Below, piece after piece: positions 51,814-62,397 of a stretch of DNA of 64,000 nucleotides (positions are counted from its first letter, which is position 1; every line of letters begins with the position of its first letter). The position numbers were made by a program, and so were the translations under genes. Source of the DNA: Nitrospirota bacterium (GTDB taxonomy: Bacteria > Nitrospirota > UBA9217); contig CAWJQQ010000001.1 in the NCBI GenBank assembly GCA_963845065.1, positions 128,001-192,000 of the forward strand, in the 5' to 3' direction. The notes below the pieces were generated by a model. It had not been told where the DNA came from. It searched no databases and saw only the letters and a program-made list of their open reading frames with translations.

Positions 51814-53251
51814 CCTGAATCCGGCGTGAAAATGGTCAGAATTTCAGCCGATCAATTGTCTTTACCGCATACTCGAAAGCTTCACGATACCAGAGATTGG
51901 CCGGAAATTTGAGTGTCGGTCGGTTTTCAGATTTTACCAATACGCCTGGAATAAGTAGAAGGCGTGATCGTAACGTATTGAGCGTTATATTGTGCAGATC
52001 TTTTGGCAAGCAAAGGCGCTTGAACCAGTTGATCAAGTTGTATGAAAACAAAAGAATGTGAAAATACGCTTCGTTGGCGGCAAAGTGTCTGGTTGGTATC
52101 TTCGCTAAAGGATAATCTCCTTTGAGTTCTTTTATAATGAGTTCCACGCCGGCTCGACCGTTGTAAAATTTCCACGTGTTGAGTGGAGTCAGGCTCAAGT
52201 TTGTCACGATGACCTGATAACTGTACTTGCCCAGAGTAAACAAAGAGAGCTGATCCGATGGGTCTTCTGGTATCGGACGGCGGATTACGACGAACCGATG
52301 CTCCTTGTGTCCCGCTTTGATGGGATATGTAAACTCGGACGTCTCGATGCCGGATGTATAAGGGTGATACGGCAAAACAGCAAGCTTTCGTTTGATCGGT
52401 GGAGTCAGCTTGGCGACGATAGCGAAGAGGGCACTCTTGGATTCCAGATACTCGACAGTTTTGTGGTCGAAAAAACCCTTGTCTGCCCTGATGATTATGA
52501 CTTTTACCGAAGAAGGCACTTTGGCAAAGGTTGCCTCCAGAAAGTCGAGGACTCCTGCTGCGGTATGCGCATCGCCTGGCCGAAGCTCTCCGTGCCAGTA
52601 GTCCTTGGTAATGCCGTTGAAACAGACAAGAGGATGGTATGATGGCCTTCCGCGTTTCTTCGGATTGTATCCGATATTGGCCATCTCCTGTTTGCCGTAC
52701 AGGACTAGGACGGTTGAGTCCATATCGAAAATAATGCGTGTAGGCGGAGAGGGTTTTAGCATCATCGACGAGAGCAGTTTGTCGTGAAGCCGCCTGAGCC
52801 GTGTCAGAGACAGCGGCGCCATTCTTAAGAGGAAGCGCCGAAGGGTTTGTGGATCGGGATAGGAGGGCAATCCCGTCAGATACTGGAAGACTCCATTGTG
52901 TCGTAGAAGGTGAGTCGTCTCGATCCTGCCGAATCCAAGAGCTATGGGATATACCAGTGCAAGAATCACCTCTGATATGGTGTAATGGTTGTTGCGCTGA
53001 GCAAAGAAAACTTTCTTGCTGAGAAGAGCCTTCAGCTTGATGCGCTTGAAAAAGAGATGCAGAAGATATACGCCACCGAAGTGAGTGACGTTCTTCCCGG
53101 TGAAGGAAATTTTGAGATTTTTGGGTCCGAATGGCATAGGAATGTAACCTATCAAAAAGGTAGGTTTGGTTCCACACACTTTTCGGCATTATAACACTAT
53201 TTTTAAGCGGTCGATTCAACATAGTAGATTCCGGCTCACGCCGGATTCAGG
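51814..53251 (-). mobile_element. IS1380-family insertion sequence nested in the IS605 element
   Basis: perfect 16-bp IRs CCTGAATCCGGCGTGA; 5-bp target duplication TTAAA (51809-51813, 53252-53256). Confidence 0.93.
51836..53137 (-). CDS. IS1380-family DDE transposase
   Basis: IFDMDST..YGKQE, GYNPKKRG..SYHPL, IRADKGF, YNGRAGVELIIKELK. Confidence 0.93.
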   Translation of the reverse strand: MPFGPKNLKISFTGKNVTHFGGVYLLHLFFKRIKLKALLSKKVFFAQRNNHYTISEVILALVYPIALGFGRIETTHLLRHNGVFQYLTGLPSYPDPQTLRRFLLRMAPLSLTRLRRLHDKLLSSMMLKPSPPTRIIFDMDSTVLVLYGKQEMANIGYNPKKRGRPSYHPLVCFNGITKDYWHGELRPGDAHTAAGVLDFLEATFAKVPSSVKVIIIRADKGFFDHKTVEYLESKSALFAIVAKLTPPIKRKLAVLPYHPYTSGIETSEFTYPIKAGHKEHRFVVIRRPIPEDPSDQLSLFTLGKYSYQVIVTNLSLTPLNTWKFYNGRAGVELIIKELKGDYPLAKIPTRHFAANEAYFHILLFSYNLINWFKRLCLPKDLHNITLNTLRSRLLLIPGVLVKSENRPTLKFPANLWYREAFEYAVKTIDRLKF

Positions 53252-53262
53252 TTAAACAACCA

Positions 53263-54798
53263 ATGCCGAATAAACCTAAAACCCCATCTTTTATCCACGA
53301 GTTTCAACTCGTAGTGACTCCAAAGGACAATCGAATGCTCGATGCCCGGCTCGAAGCTGGCCGTTATCTGTACAATGCCTGCCTTGGTGAAGCGATGAAG
53401 CGTCTTACTGCCATGCGGCGATCAGAAAAATGGCTCGTGGCGATCACGAAGAAGAAAAGCAAGCTTCGCACCAGGATGTTTAAGACAGCCAGAACCCAGG
53501 CTGAATATACTGAATACCACCTTCATAACTACGTCGGTATCCTCCGCAATTCCTGCTGGATCAGTGAGCATATTGACAGCCTGACCGCCCAGAAGATAGC
53601 ATCTCGAGCATATAGCGCCGTCGCTGACTACGAGTTTGGGAAGCATGGCAAACCACGTTTCAAGCGCCATGGCTGGATGTCGTCCCTTGAAGGTAAAAAC
53701 AACAAATCTGGTATTCGGTGGTGTGATGACCATGTGGAGTGGACTGGCCTTCGTCTCAACTGTGTCTTCGACAAGAAAGACAAGTTTGGCGTTCAGGCTC
53801 ATGCACTTAGCCATGACATCAAGTACGTTCGTCTGGTCAAGAAAACTATCCGCGGCAATCCCCGCTGGTTTGCCCAACTTGTGCTTAAAGGCACGGCCAA
53901 GATCAAGCGTGAGAACCAGATTGGCACCGAAACCGTTGGCCTTGACATTGGCCCGTCGACAGTTGCCATCGTTGGTGATACCGATGCGTTACTACTCGAA
54001 TTTTGCCCTGAAGTCGAGATACCGTTTAAACGTATCAAGACCGTCCAGCGCAAAATGGCCAGAAGCCTTCGTGCTACCAACCCGGGCAACTACAACGGAG
54101 ACAAAACCATCAAAACAGGTAAAAAACAGTGGGTCTTTTCTGTTCAATACCGTATTCTTAAAGCTAAGCTCGCCGAACTTCAAAGGATCCTTGCTGAAAC
54201 CAGAAAACGGTCTCATGGCAAGCTCGTGAACAAAGTCCTCACTCTCGGTACCGACATCAAAACCGAGAAACTGTCGTACAAAGCATTTCAGAAACTCTAT
54301 GGTAAAAGTATTTCGCGACGAGCTCCGGGGATGTTTATGTCGATGCTTCACCACAAAGCCGAAAACGCTGGCGGTAAAGTAACCGAGTTTTCTACCCGGA
54401 GCACAAAGCTTTCCCAGACATGCCATTGCGGAACAGTAGCCAAAAAATCATTGTCCCAAAGATGGCATGCCTGCAACTGCGGGGTAAGCACCCAGCGTGA
54501 TCTCTATTCCGCATTCCTTGCAAAGTATGTTTCTAACGATGTCCTCGACACGCGTCAGGCTGCCAAAGCCTGGCCGGGTGCAAACCTGCTCCTGGAACGG
54601 GCGGTGTTGGGGGTGCAGCATGAAGCGGCAAAGGGTCGAATTCATCCAACCAGCTTCGGTATCAAGCACGAGAACACCACGAACCGGAGACAGAGCTGCT
54701 CGCCCGTTAAAGGCGGATCAACGACAGTCGAGGCCGATAACGTTCGTATTGTTGCCGGAGAGCCTGTCGGTACAGCCGCTAGAACCCCCTGGCTTTAG
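53263..54798 (+). CDS. tnpB: RNA-guided endonuclease TnpB
   Basis: GRYLYNACL HTH, RuvC-I GLDIG, RuvC-II IKTEKL, Zn finger CHCG..CNCG, RuvC-III RDLYSA. Confidence 0.92.
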   Translation: MPNKPKTPSFIHEFQLVVTPKDNRMLDARLEAGRYLYNACLGEAMKRLTAMRRSEKWLVAITKKKSKLRTRMFKTARTQAEYTEYHLHNYVGILRNSCWISEHIDSLTAQKIASRAYSAVADYEFGKHGKPRFKRHGWMSSLEGKNNKSGIRWCDDHVEWTGLRLNCVFDKKDKFGVQAHALSHDIKYVRLVKKTIRGNPRWFAQLVLKGTAKIKRENQIGTETVGLDIGPSTVAIVGDTDALLLEFCPEVEIPFKRIKTVQRKMARSLRATNPGNYNGDKTIKTGKKQWVFSVQYRILKAKLAELQRILAETRKRSHGKLVNKVLTLGTDIKTEKLSYKAFQKLYGKSISRRAPGMFMSMLHHKAENAGGKVTEFSTRSTKLSQTCHCGTVAKKSLSQRWHACNCGVSTQRDLYSAFLAKYVSNDVLDTRQAAKAWPGANLLLERAVLGVQHEAAKGRIHPTSFGIKHENTTNRRQSCSPVKGGSTTVEADNVRIVAGEPVGTAARTPWL

Positions 54799-54815
54799 AC
54801 ATGGGGAGTGGTCAG

Positions 54816-54945
54816 AGGAAGGAACGCGCACCGCACGTTTCAACCAGTAGTTCTCATTTTGCGTAATCGAAGATCCGTAACTGGTCCACCTACAAGCCTG
54901 TATAGTCAATTTTATGACAAAGGCAAAGAATATCGATTGAATCAC
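54816..54945 (+). repeat. dispersed intergenic element, short subtype, right part (left part at ~51690-51708)
   Basis: joining TTAC(51708) to AGGAAGG(54816) restores TACAGGAAGG with TTCAA at the 26-nt offset; CACCTACAAG 54887. Confidence 0.8.
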
Positions 54946-55228
54946 AGCATGTCGGTTTCATGATAAAACTTACGCTGACCATTTTGACGGCCAAGTCGAA
55001 AAACGGCAGCCAGAAAGCGGTAGCAGATCGTGCAGCTCATCTTTGCGTTCATGAAAAGTGAGAAGACGTAGAAGAACGGATAGAATAATATCGGATTAAA
55101 CTTTACTTTATTTAACATCTTACTATGCAATTGCGCTAGATTAAAAGTGTTCGAAATTCTGGGTAAAAATTGTTAACGAGAAGTTTGATGTGTATGATAT
55201 ATATTTATCATGAGCGCGAGTGCAATTT

Positions 55229-57634
55229 TTACCTGTCCAGCGTTTCCCTTACCTTCTTCAATAGTTCTTTTGGAGCAATCGGTTTGGTGATCACCGGCAT
55301 CCCAACATCGGTCAACACCCTCTGACCGACCTCATCAGGGGCATAGCCACTCACAAAAAGTACTTTTACCCCCGGCTTCATGGCCATGATCTCGTCATAG
55401 GCCACTTTTCCTGTCTTCTTCGGCATGATAATGTCTAATAGAAGAAGCCGGATCTTATCCTTGTTCTCTATATACTTGTTTACCGCGTCCTGACCATCAT
55501 TCGCAATGATAACCTGATAACCGAAATTCTCAAGCATGGTCTTTATCATGTTTCTGACTATTTCATCATCCTCGGCAAGGAGAATGGTCTCTGTTCCTCC
55601 TATTGGATGCTCTTCCATAGCGAATTTCGTTTCATCCACATGCACCGCGATGAGCGGCAGATAGATCTGAAAGATCGTGCCCCGGCCCGGTTCGCTGTAG
55701 ACATTTATGAGCCCATCATGTTGTTTGATGATGCCGTAAACTACCGAAAGCCCGAGGCCGGTGCCCTTGCCTACTTCTTTGGTAGTGAAAAAGGGTTCGA
55801 AAATGTGCTCTCTCGTGACATCGTCCATGCCCTTGCCCGTGTCCGATATGGTAATCAACGCATAGTTGCCTGACTTGCCGTAACCATCGATCGAAACGAA
55901 CTCATTATCGAATTTCATCTTCTCTGTAGTGACTGAAAAGATACCTCCCTTTGGCATAGCGTCCCTGGCGTTCGTGGCGAGGTTCATCAGGACTTGCTCG
56001 AGTTGGTGTGCATCGCCAAGGATCGGCAGTGGTTCTTCAAATTGCGTTGTTTTGAATTCGATATCCTCTCCAATGACTCGTTTCAGGAACATCCCCACTT
56101 TCCGGATGACATCATTAAGGTCAATGGGTTTTCGTTCACTGGTCTGTCTCCTGCTGAACAGCAGGAGGTCTTTCGTTAGGTGCGCAGCCCGCTCCCCTGC
56201 ATCAAGCATGTATTCGATGTTCAGGCGCTGGGGATCATCCTTTGCCATCTTCATGAGGGCAATATTCCCATAGCCAATGATCGCGGTAAGGATGTTATTG
56301 AAGTCATGGGCAATCCCTCCGGCGAGAGTGCCGATCGCTTCCATTTTTTGTGCCTGACGAAGCTGGTCTTCCAGCTTGTTTTTTTCTGATGCATTGATAC
56401 CTACGCCAACAATATACCGTTTGCCGTTTCTGATCATTCGAAAACCGGTAAAATAGAAAGGAATGAGGGATCCGCTCTTTGTCGCAATCGACGCCTCGAC
56501 GAAAGCATGGCCAGTTTCCATGGCTTCCTGTATACGCGACGCCACAAGGCCTCGCTGGGTCTCGGGAAACAATTGCAGGATGTTCATCTGCGACAGTTCT
56601 ACCATGGAATATCCCGTCGTTTCCTTCTCATTATCGTTCCAACGAATCAATTTCCCCTGGTCATCACAGAGATAGAACACCCCCGGCAGGCTATCGATAA
56701 TTGCATTAGAAAAAACGATTTCCTGCTTCAGTGCTTCTTCGGCCTTCTTGCGCTCGGTGATATCGCGGCATGAAACAATACGAGCGTCATGGCCACGGTA
56801 CTTTATCGGCTGCGAGTCTGTTTCCGCCAAAAACGTGGTGCCATCTTTCTGGATACCGGTCACCTCGAATACTCCCTTTTCCTGTTGCCGCATCCTCTGA
56901 GAGATGTGCGCACGAGCTTCGGGAGTTAGTATAAGTTCTAAACCATTCTTGCCAATCAACTCCTCCGGCTGTTCATATCCAAAAAGCCGAGCAAACGTCA
57001 TATTGGCATCCAGGATCACTCCTTGGTCATGGATCATGATTCCTTCGAGCGACGCGTTGGACAGACTGCGGAAACGCTCTTCGCTCTCGCGTAGGGTCTC
57101 CTCCGCACGTCTGCGTTCGGCAACGACGTTTTCCAGTTTCCGGTTGGAATTCTCAAGTTGTATCATTTTTTGCTCAAGTTTGTTGAACAGGACCTCATTG
57201 TACTGGCGGAAGAACTCCATTTCTTCGCCAAGGGGTTTTTCATTGGCGACTGGCTTTCCCTTTTGAATATCCTTCAGGAGATCCCGCACGACCTGAACCA
57301 GCACCTCCGGCTGTTGCGGTTTGATAATGAACCGTTCGGCACCGAGGCTGAGGGCGAATCGCTCGTCCTGGGGATCGGTATAGGTGGCCGTATAGAAGAT
57401 GAAGGGGATGTTTTTAAGACGATCATCCGCTTTCCATTTTCTGCACAGGGAAAAACCATCCATGACCGGCATCAGAATATCCGTTATGATCAGATCGGGA
57501 GGATGTCTTACGGCCAGAGTGAGTGCCTCGGCCCCATGGTCTGCCATCGCCACCTCGTATCCCTGCGCCTTCAGAAGGACTTCCAGCATGTAGCGGTTTT
57601 GCCTGTTGTCATCCACAAGCAGGATCATCGTCAT
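55229..57634 (-). CDS. hybrid sensor histidine kinase (REC-PAS-PAS-HisKA-HATPase-REC)
   Basis: N- and C-terminal receivers; [12 protein letters not shown]-box; [16 protein letters not shown]. Confidence 0.95.
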   Translation of the reverse strand: MTMILLVDDNRQNRYMLEVLLKAQGYEVAMADHGAEALTLAVRHPPDLIITDILMPVMDGFSLCRKWKADDRLKNIPFIFYTATYTDPQDERFALSLGAERFIIKPQQPEVLVQVVRDLLKDIQKGKPVANEKPLGEEMEFFRQYNEVLFNKLEQKMIQLENSNRKLENVVAERRRAEETLRESEERFRSLSNASLEGIMIHDQGVILDANMTFARLFGYEQPEELIGKNGLELILTPEARAHISQRMRQQEKGVFEVTGIQKDGTTFLAETDSQPIKYRGHDARIVSCRDITERKKAEEALKQEIVFSNAIIDSLPGVFYLCDDQGKLIRWNDNEKETTGYSMVELSQMNILQLFPETQRGLVASRIQEAMETGHAFVEASIATKSGSLIPFYFTGFRMIRNGKRYIVGVGINASEKNKLEDQLRQAQKMEAIGTLAGGIAHDFNNILTAIIGYGNIALMKMAKDDPQRLNIEYMLDAGERAAHLTKDLLLFSRRQTSERKPIDLNDVIRKVGMFLKRVIGEDIEFKTTQFEEPLPILGDAHQLEQVLMNLATNARDAMPKGGIFSVTTEKMKFDNEFVSIDGYGKSGNYALITISDTGKGMDDVTREHIFEPFFTTKEVGKGTGLGLSVVYGIIKQHDGLINVYSEPGRGTIFQIYLPLIAVHVDETKFAMEEHPIGGTETILLAEDDEIVRNMIKTMLENFGYQVIIANDGQDAVNKYIENKDKIRLLLLDIIMPKKTGKVAYDEIMAMKPGVKVLFVSGYAPDEVGQRVLTDVGMPVITKPIAPKELLKKVRETLDR

Positions 57635-57658
57635 TGGTTTACCCTCGTTAGTTGCGCC

Positions 57659-58030
57659 TCAGGACAGGTAACGTTCGATCTCCACCACGAAAGTGTCGGG
57701 ATTGATCGGTTTCTCAATATATCCGATGCAACCCGATTCCAGGGCTTTTTCGCGGTCTCCGACCATGGCATAAGACGTAATAGCTACAATAGGGACGTGA
57801 GACAGATCTTTATTATTCCTGAGTGATCGAGCAACTGCATATCCGTCCATGGACGGCAGCTGGATGTCCAGGAGGATAAGATCCGGTTTATTGTTTGCAG
57901 CTTCCGCGATACCTGACTGACCGTCCCGTGCCGAGAGCACATTGTAACCATGTCTCGTGAGTAAAAAAGTGACGAGGTAAAGATTCTGTTCGTTGTCCTC
58001 AATATAGAGAATTTTTTTCCGCAGGGTCAT
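57659..58030 (-). CDS. single-domain response regulator (DivK/CheY-like)
   Basis: ILYIEDN, DLILLDIQLP, YIEKPI. Confidence 0.95.
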   Translation of the reverse strand: MTLRKKILYIEDNEQNLYLVTFLLTRHGYNVLSARDGQSGIAEAANNKPDLILLDIQLPSMDGYAVARSLRNNKDLSHVPIVAITSYAMVGDREKALESGCIGYIEKPINPDTFVVEIERYLS

Positions 58031-58039
58031 ATATTTTTA

Positions 58040-60328
58040 CTATAGCACAGATACTGGCAGGGTAATAGCGAACGTGCTGCCTTGTCCCCACTGACTTTTC
58101 ACGCTTATCGTGCCTCCCAAAAGCTCGACGAGCCGCTTGCAGATCGAAAGACCCAGGCCCGTGCCTTCGTACTGCCGCCCGATTCCGCTCTGAAGCTGCT
58201 GGAAGGGTTTAAAGAGACTATCCATCTCTTCGAGCTTGATACCAATGCCCGTGTCCTTCACGCTGATGGTAAGTTCTTTGCCGATTGTCTGGCAGGTAAT
58301 GCTGATAGCGCCCTTCTCGGTAAACTTGACAGCATTGCTCAGGAGATTCAGCAGGGCCTGCTCTACGCGTCTTCGATCACTTGTCATTGTGGCCACTTCT
58401 GGTGTGATGATGATTTCCAGGGCAAGGCCTTTTTTCTCGACCAGGGGTTTAATGGTTTTCACGGTCTTTTCGATAGCGTCGCGCAGGTCAAATGGCTCCA
58501 TCGAGACTTGCAGCTGGCCGGCTTCGATCTTTGAGATATCCAGAATGTCATTAATCAGATTGAGCAGGTGGGTGGAGCTTTCGCGCACCATGCCCAGCTG
58601 TTTCTTCTGCTCCTCATTCAGTGGGCCTGCCAGACCCTGAAGAAGAATGCCAGTGAATCCCATGATCGAGTTTAGGGGGGTCCTGAGTTCATGAGACATC
58701 GTGGCAAGAAAGGCGGACTTCAACCTGTCCGCTGACTCCGCCCGCTCCTTAGCGATTGCCAGTTCGGCGGTTCGTGTCTTGACCAGCTCCTCCAAATGGT
58801 CGTGGTATTGTTCGAGTTCCTGCTCTGCCCGTTTGCGCTCGGTGATGTCTCTGATGTTCGCTATTGTGAATATCTCACCCTGTAACTCAAAGACTGAGGC
58901 GCTGACCTCCATGGGGAACTCAGTACCATCTGTTTTTCTGCCGCGTGTTGTATAGAGTGGGGGGATCGGCTCTCCAGCAGCTCTAAGCCGTATGTTTTCT
59001 GTCATCTGTTGATGATGGCTCGGTGCAATGTTGTCAAGTATCGAAGTGCCGACGATTTCTTGATTACTCTCATACCCAAATAATTTGAGGTATGCAGGAT
59101 TAGCAAAAAAATGCATTCCTTTTCTTGCAATACCGATGGCATCTCTGGAGTTTTCGAATACCGCACGAAACTTGATTTCGCTTTCTCGCAGTGCCTCTTC
59201 CGCTTTCTTTCGTTCGGTGATATCAATAAATGCGGAAAGAAGGTAAGGTGCGTTATCTATTTCTATAGACTCAGCATAGAATCTAAGAGTTAATATATCT
59301 CCATTTTTATTACGGCTCAGCACTTCCAGATCTTTCACCTTTCTCTCAGTGCGTATGAGCCGCACGAGTTGCTCCCGATCTCTGGGATCAAACCAAACTC
59401 CGAGTTCGATAGTCGTATGGCCAATCAACTCATCACGGCTATACCCTGTTAACCTCTCATATTCCTTGTTAACGTCAAAAATGAGTCCATCATTCAGGCT
59501 GCTCACGCATATACCGGCAGGAGCTAACATGAAGAACCTGGCAAACTTTTCTTCTGATTTTTTGAGTAACTCCTCCGCCCGCTTGCGCTCGGTGATGTCC
59601 ACAAATGCAGTAAGAAGACAGGGTACATTATCGATTTCTATCGGCTCAGCATAGAGTCGAAGCGTTAATATATTTCCATTTTTATTACGGCTCTGCATTT
59701 CTAGGTCCTTCACCCGCCCCTCAGCGCGTATAAGCTGTACGAGTTGATCCCTGTCTCTGTTAGCAAACCAGAGACCGAGTTCGACAGATGTATGACTAAT
59801 TAATTCTTCGCGGCTATATCCGAACAATCTCTCAAATTCCTTGTTGACGTCAAAGATACGTCCTTCATTCAGACTACTGACAGATATTCCGGCAGGGGCT
59901 GACATAAAGAACCTGGTAAACTTCTCTTCTGATTTTTTGAGCAACTCCTCCATGTGCTTGCGCTCGGTGATGTCCCGCACAAAGATGCTTGTGCGTAACT
60001 CCCCGTTGGCGTCCGTGAACACTGCCGAAGATAGCTCAACCGTAAGGGGACTTCGATCCTTACGAAACATCCTTAGAATCCCGAAAAATCTGCCGGTCCG
60101 GCGACGCTGTTCCAGAGCTTCGGCAAGTCTAGCGTCTGTAGGATCCACGACCGCACCACGTCCCAAGACACGGAACTCATCAAGTGTGTATCCGAACAAT
60201 GCGCAAGCAGCTGGGTTTGCGTAGAGGATTGCTCCTTCTTGGTTGGCAAGGAACACCGCATCTAATGCGTTATCCAGAAGCGTACCGTAAGTCGATTCTG
60301 TTTGGGGCTCCATGATGATACCATCCAT
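58040..60328 (-). CDS. cytoplasmic multi-PAS sensor histidine kinase
   Basis: four PAS domains (DITERK), MSHELRTPLN, NLLSNAVKFT, GTGLGL. Confidence 0.95.
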   Translation of the reverse strand: MDGIIMEPQTESTYGTLLDNALDAVFLANQEGAILYANPAACALFGYTLDEFRVLGRGAVVDPTDARLAEALEQRRRTGRFFGILRMFRKDRSPLTVELSSAVFTDANGELRTSIFVRDITERKHMEELLKKSEEKFTRFFMSAPAGISVSSLNEGRIFDVNKEFERLFGYSREELISHTSVELGLWFANRDRDQLVQLIRAEGRVKDLEMQSRNKNGNILTLRLYAEPIEIDNVPCLLTAFVDITERKRAEELLKKSEEKFARFFMLAPAGICVSSLNDGLIFDVNKEYERLTGYSRDELIGHTTIELGVWFDPRDREQLVRLIRTERKVKDLEVLSRNKNGDILTLRFYAESIEIDNAPYLLSAFIDITERKKAEEALRESEIKFRAVFENSRDAIGIARKGMHFFANPAYLKLFGYESNQEIVGTSILDNIAPSHHQQMTENIRLRAAGEPIPPLYTTRGRKTDGTEFPMEVSASVFELQGEIFTIANIRDITERKRAEQELEQYHDHLEELVKTRTAELAIAKERAESADRLKSAFLATMSHELRTPLNSIMGFTGILLQGLAGPLNEEQKKQLGMVRESSTHLLNLINDILDISKIEAGQLQVSMEPFDLRDAIEKTVKTIKPLVEKKGLALEIIITPEVATMTSDRRRVEQALLNLLSNAVKFTEKGAISITCQTIGKELTISVKDTGIGIKLEEMDSLFKPFQQLQSGIGRQYEGTGLGLSICKRLVELLGGTISVKSQWGQGSTFAITLPVSVL

Positions 60329-60558
60329 TCAATACTTTCAGAGGTTAAACTGTTTTTTAAGATCGCAGATAATGTAATTAAGCATCTACTAAAAAGCTCA
60401 CAACTCAAGCTTTATAAGCATATCAATAAATGCTATATTTTTTGTAGGCAGACTGACAGTTACAGTTTGAAAGTTGATGAGTTTCAAAGAATAACAATTT
60501 CAAAAAGTTCAGGATGAAGGGCGTATCACATGCTTAAAACATTATAAAGCGCGTTCGT

Positions 60559-60828
60559 TCAACTGGTAAACCTCTGAGCAGCACGTGTTCGCGCATTGGC
60601 GGCCTCTTCTGCGCGGTTCCTAGGAAGTGCGCTTGTCTGAAGCGAGTCCAGGAGGTTTCTGGAAGCTGTCGCTATTTCTTCAACGGCCACAAAGTATGCA
60701 GCCTCATTGATTTTCGATGGTTTAATAAAGCCGCTCACTTTTCTCACGAATTGTAGTGCAGCTGCACGAATCTCTTCGTCCGTTACAGGCGGCACGAAGT
60801 TGAAAAGATGTTTGATGTTTCTACACAC
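60559..60828 (-). CDS. DUF2277 family protein
   Basis: (M)CRNIKHLFNF.PP.TDEEIRAAALQFVRKVSG; GGAGG RBS before GTG 60828. Confidence 0.85.
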   Translation of the reverse strand: MCRNIKHLFNFVPPVTDEEIRAAALQFVRKVSGFIKPSKINEAAYFVAVEEIATASRNLLDSLQTSALPRNRAEEAANARTRAAQRFTS

Positions 60829-61094
60829 AAGCAATACCTCCATGTGTCAGAGCAACCAACGACAATCTTTCATTATCAGCCGTAAGTCCATACTCTGAGC
60901 TACGCCCTTACCCATGATTAAATCGTTTTCCGATACTTTTTACCAAAAGCATCTACCCCTTGTAATCCATTACAATGGCAATTCCATGGAGTATTTATCG
61001 TCCTCTTGTAAAACCTGGTAAGTTTTTCTACATAGAACTTCATTGTGGACCTGTACTTACTTCATTCCCTATTGGGTTTATTCGGTCTTTGCTT

Positions 61095-61412
61095 TTAATT
61101 TCCCCGTCCGCTCGGACCGGTAGGCTTTTTAAACCTCTCCTTCGCTGTGGTGACAGCATTTTTAAGGTCTGCCCACGCTGATTCTGCACCCGTCTTCAGA
61201 GTATCCCAGGCATCGGTGCTCGCACCCTTAAGCTCCTGAAGTTTTTTCGTCGCGACGTCCCGCTTATCCTTGAGTTGCCTGATCTGGTTGTCATACCCTG
61301 TTTTCACGTCGGCCTTGGCTGATAGGGCCTTCGACTCGAGCTCATCGATCTTAGCGGACCACTCTTTGAGCTGCACTGCTAACTTATCAATATATTCCTC
61401 CCTGCTCTTCAT
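61095..61412 (-). CDS. small coiled-coil stress-response-like protein
   Basis: REEYIDKL..QLKEWSAKIDELE...DAWDTLKTG.ESAW..LK; AGGAGG RBS. Confidence 0.8.
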   Translation of the reverse strand: MKSREEYIDKLAVQLKEWSAKIDELESKALSAKADVKTGYDNQIRQLKDKRDVATKKLQELKGASTDAWDTLKTGAESAWADLKNAVTTAKERFKKPTGPSGRGN

Positions 61413-61549
61413 AATGTATCCTCCTTTTAAATGTCTGCAATAACGATTGTTTACTGCCTTAAGCTGATATATGCAGCGTAATTTTATTTCTTTCGGATGT
61501 GGTGCATGCCCGGATACTATTATTTTACTCGAATTTATGCCTTATCGAA

Positions 61550-61756
61550 TCAGATGCTATTTCTTTTATCTGCACATGCACGACAAAGTTGTAATTCCGG
61601 CATTCTCATTTTGCCTAGTAATTTCAGCTTGGCGATACCAAAACAGATATTGCATGTTGCTTTCCCACATTCCTTACAAATACCACCATCCATGGTCTCG
61701 AATTGTGAACCACAGATATGGCATTTCCACGGAATTATGTTTATCCGATTTTGCAT
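61550..61756 (-). CDS. small Cys-rich putative zinc-finger protein
   Basis: four CxxC pairs (CHIC, CKEC, CNIC, CRAC) in 68 aa. Confidence 0.6.
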   Translation of the reverse strand: MQNRINIIPWKCHICGSQFETMDGGICKECGKATCNICFGIAKLKLLGKMRMPELQLCRACADKRNSI

Positions 61757-61870
61757 AAAGCATTATCAAATACAGTTTGAAATTTACGCTTCCAATACTG
61801 TTTAATGATAAATATCATCAGGAAGGTAATCACCTTTTTTAAAAACCTGCATTCTAAATCAGAACCGAGG

Positions 61871-62239
61871 TTAGCGCGGTAGCATGTCGGCCCATCGCGC
61901 CGCCGTTAGAAGTATGCCAACTATGTATAGAACGCCGAAGATGAACTTGTTGTTGCGAGCAAGCCACTTCGGTAAATAGATATCGAAGTTTTCTCGGCGT
62001 TCGTCGGTATAGCGTGCCGCAATGCTCGTGAGCGGACAGCTCCATCCATTGAAGACTAGCACAAGCACCTCGACAAAAACAATAGCGATAAAAACGAATG
62101 CATGCCCGTATTTACCGACACAAGCGAAGACAGGGATCGCAAGAATGCATGCAGCTAAGAAAGCCCATATGGCCGTGTGGAAGAGTTTGACGATTCTTAG
62201 TGTAATCGCGGCAGCACTGACCGGACGGTCTGTCTTCAT
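61871..62239 (-). CDS. hypothetical membrane protein
   Basis: KLFHTAIW, FNGWSCPLT, NFDIYLP.WLA; three TM segments. Confidence 0.7.
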   Translation of the reverse strand: MKTDRPVSAAAITLRIVKLFHTAIWAFLAACILAIPVFACVGKYGHAFVFIAIVFVEVLVLVFNGWSCPLTSIAARYTDERRENFDIYLPKWLARNNKFIFGVLYIVGILLTAARWADMLPR

Positions 62240-62397
62240 TCCCATCCGACCGATCGTGGGTCCTCGTCGACGGGTATCTTTTTTTTCTTGCAGGTCTTGG
62301 CTCTCAATCACCATACAATGCAATTAAGGGACTGCCGCGATGCTAACAGATTTCAACCTGATAACCGTACTATAGTTATCATATCATAGATGCAATG

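Larger units (their letters stand above)
51709..54815 (+). mobile_element. IS200/IS605-family element (tnpB only), inserted 3' of TTAC
   Basis: left end AAAG + hairpin CCCCTGGTTTTAACCATGGGG; right end GAAC + hairpin CCCCTGGCTTTAGACATGGGG...TCAG; target TTAC at 51705-51708; no tnpA. Confidence 0.88.
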
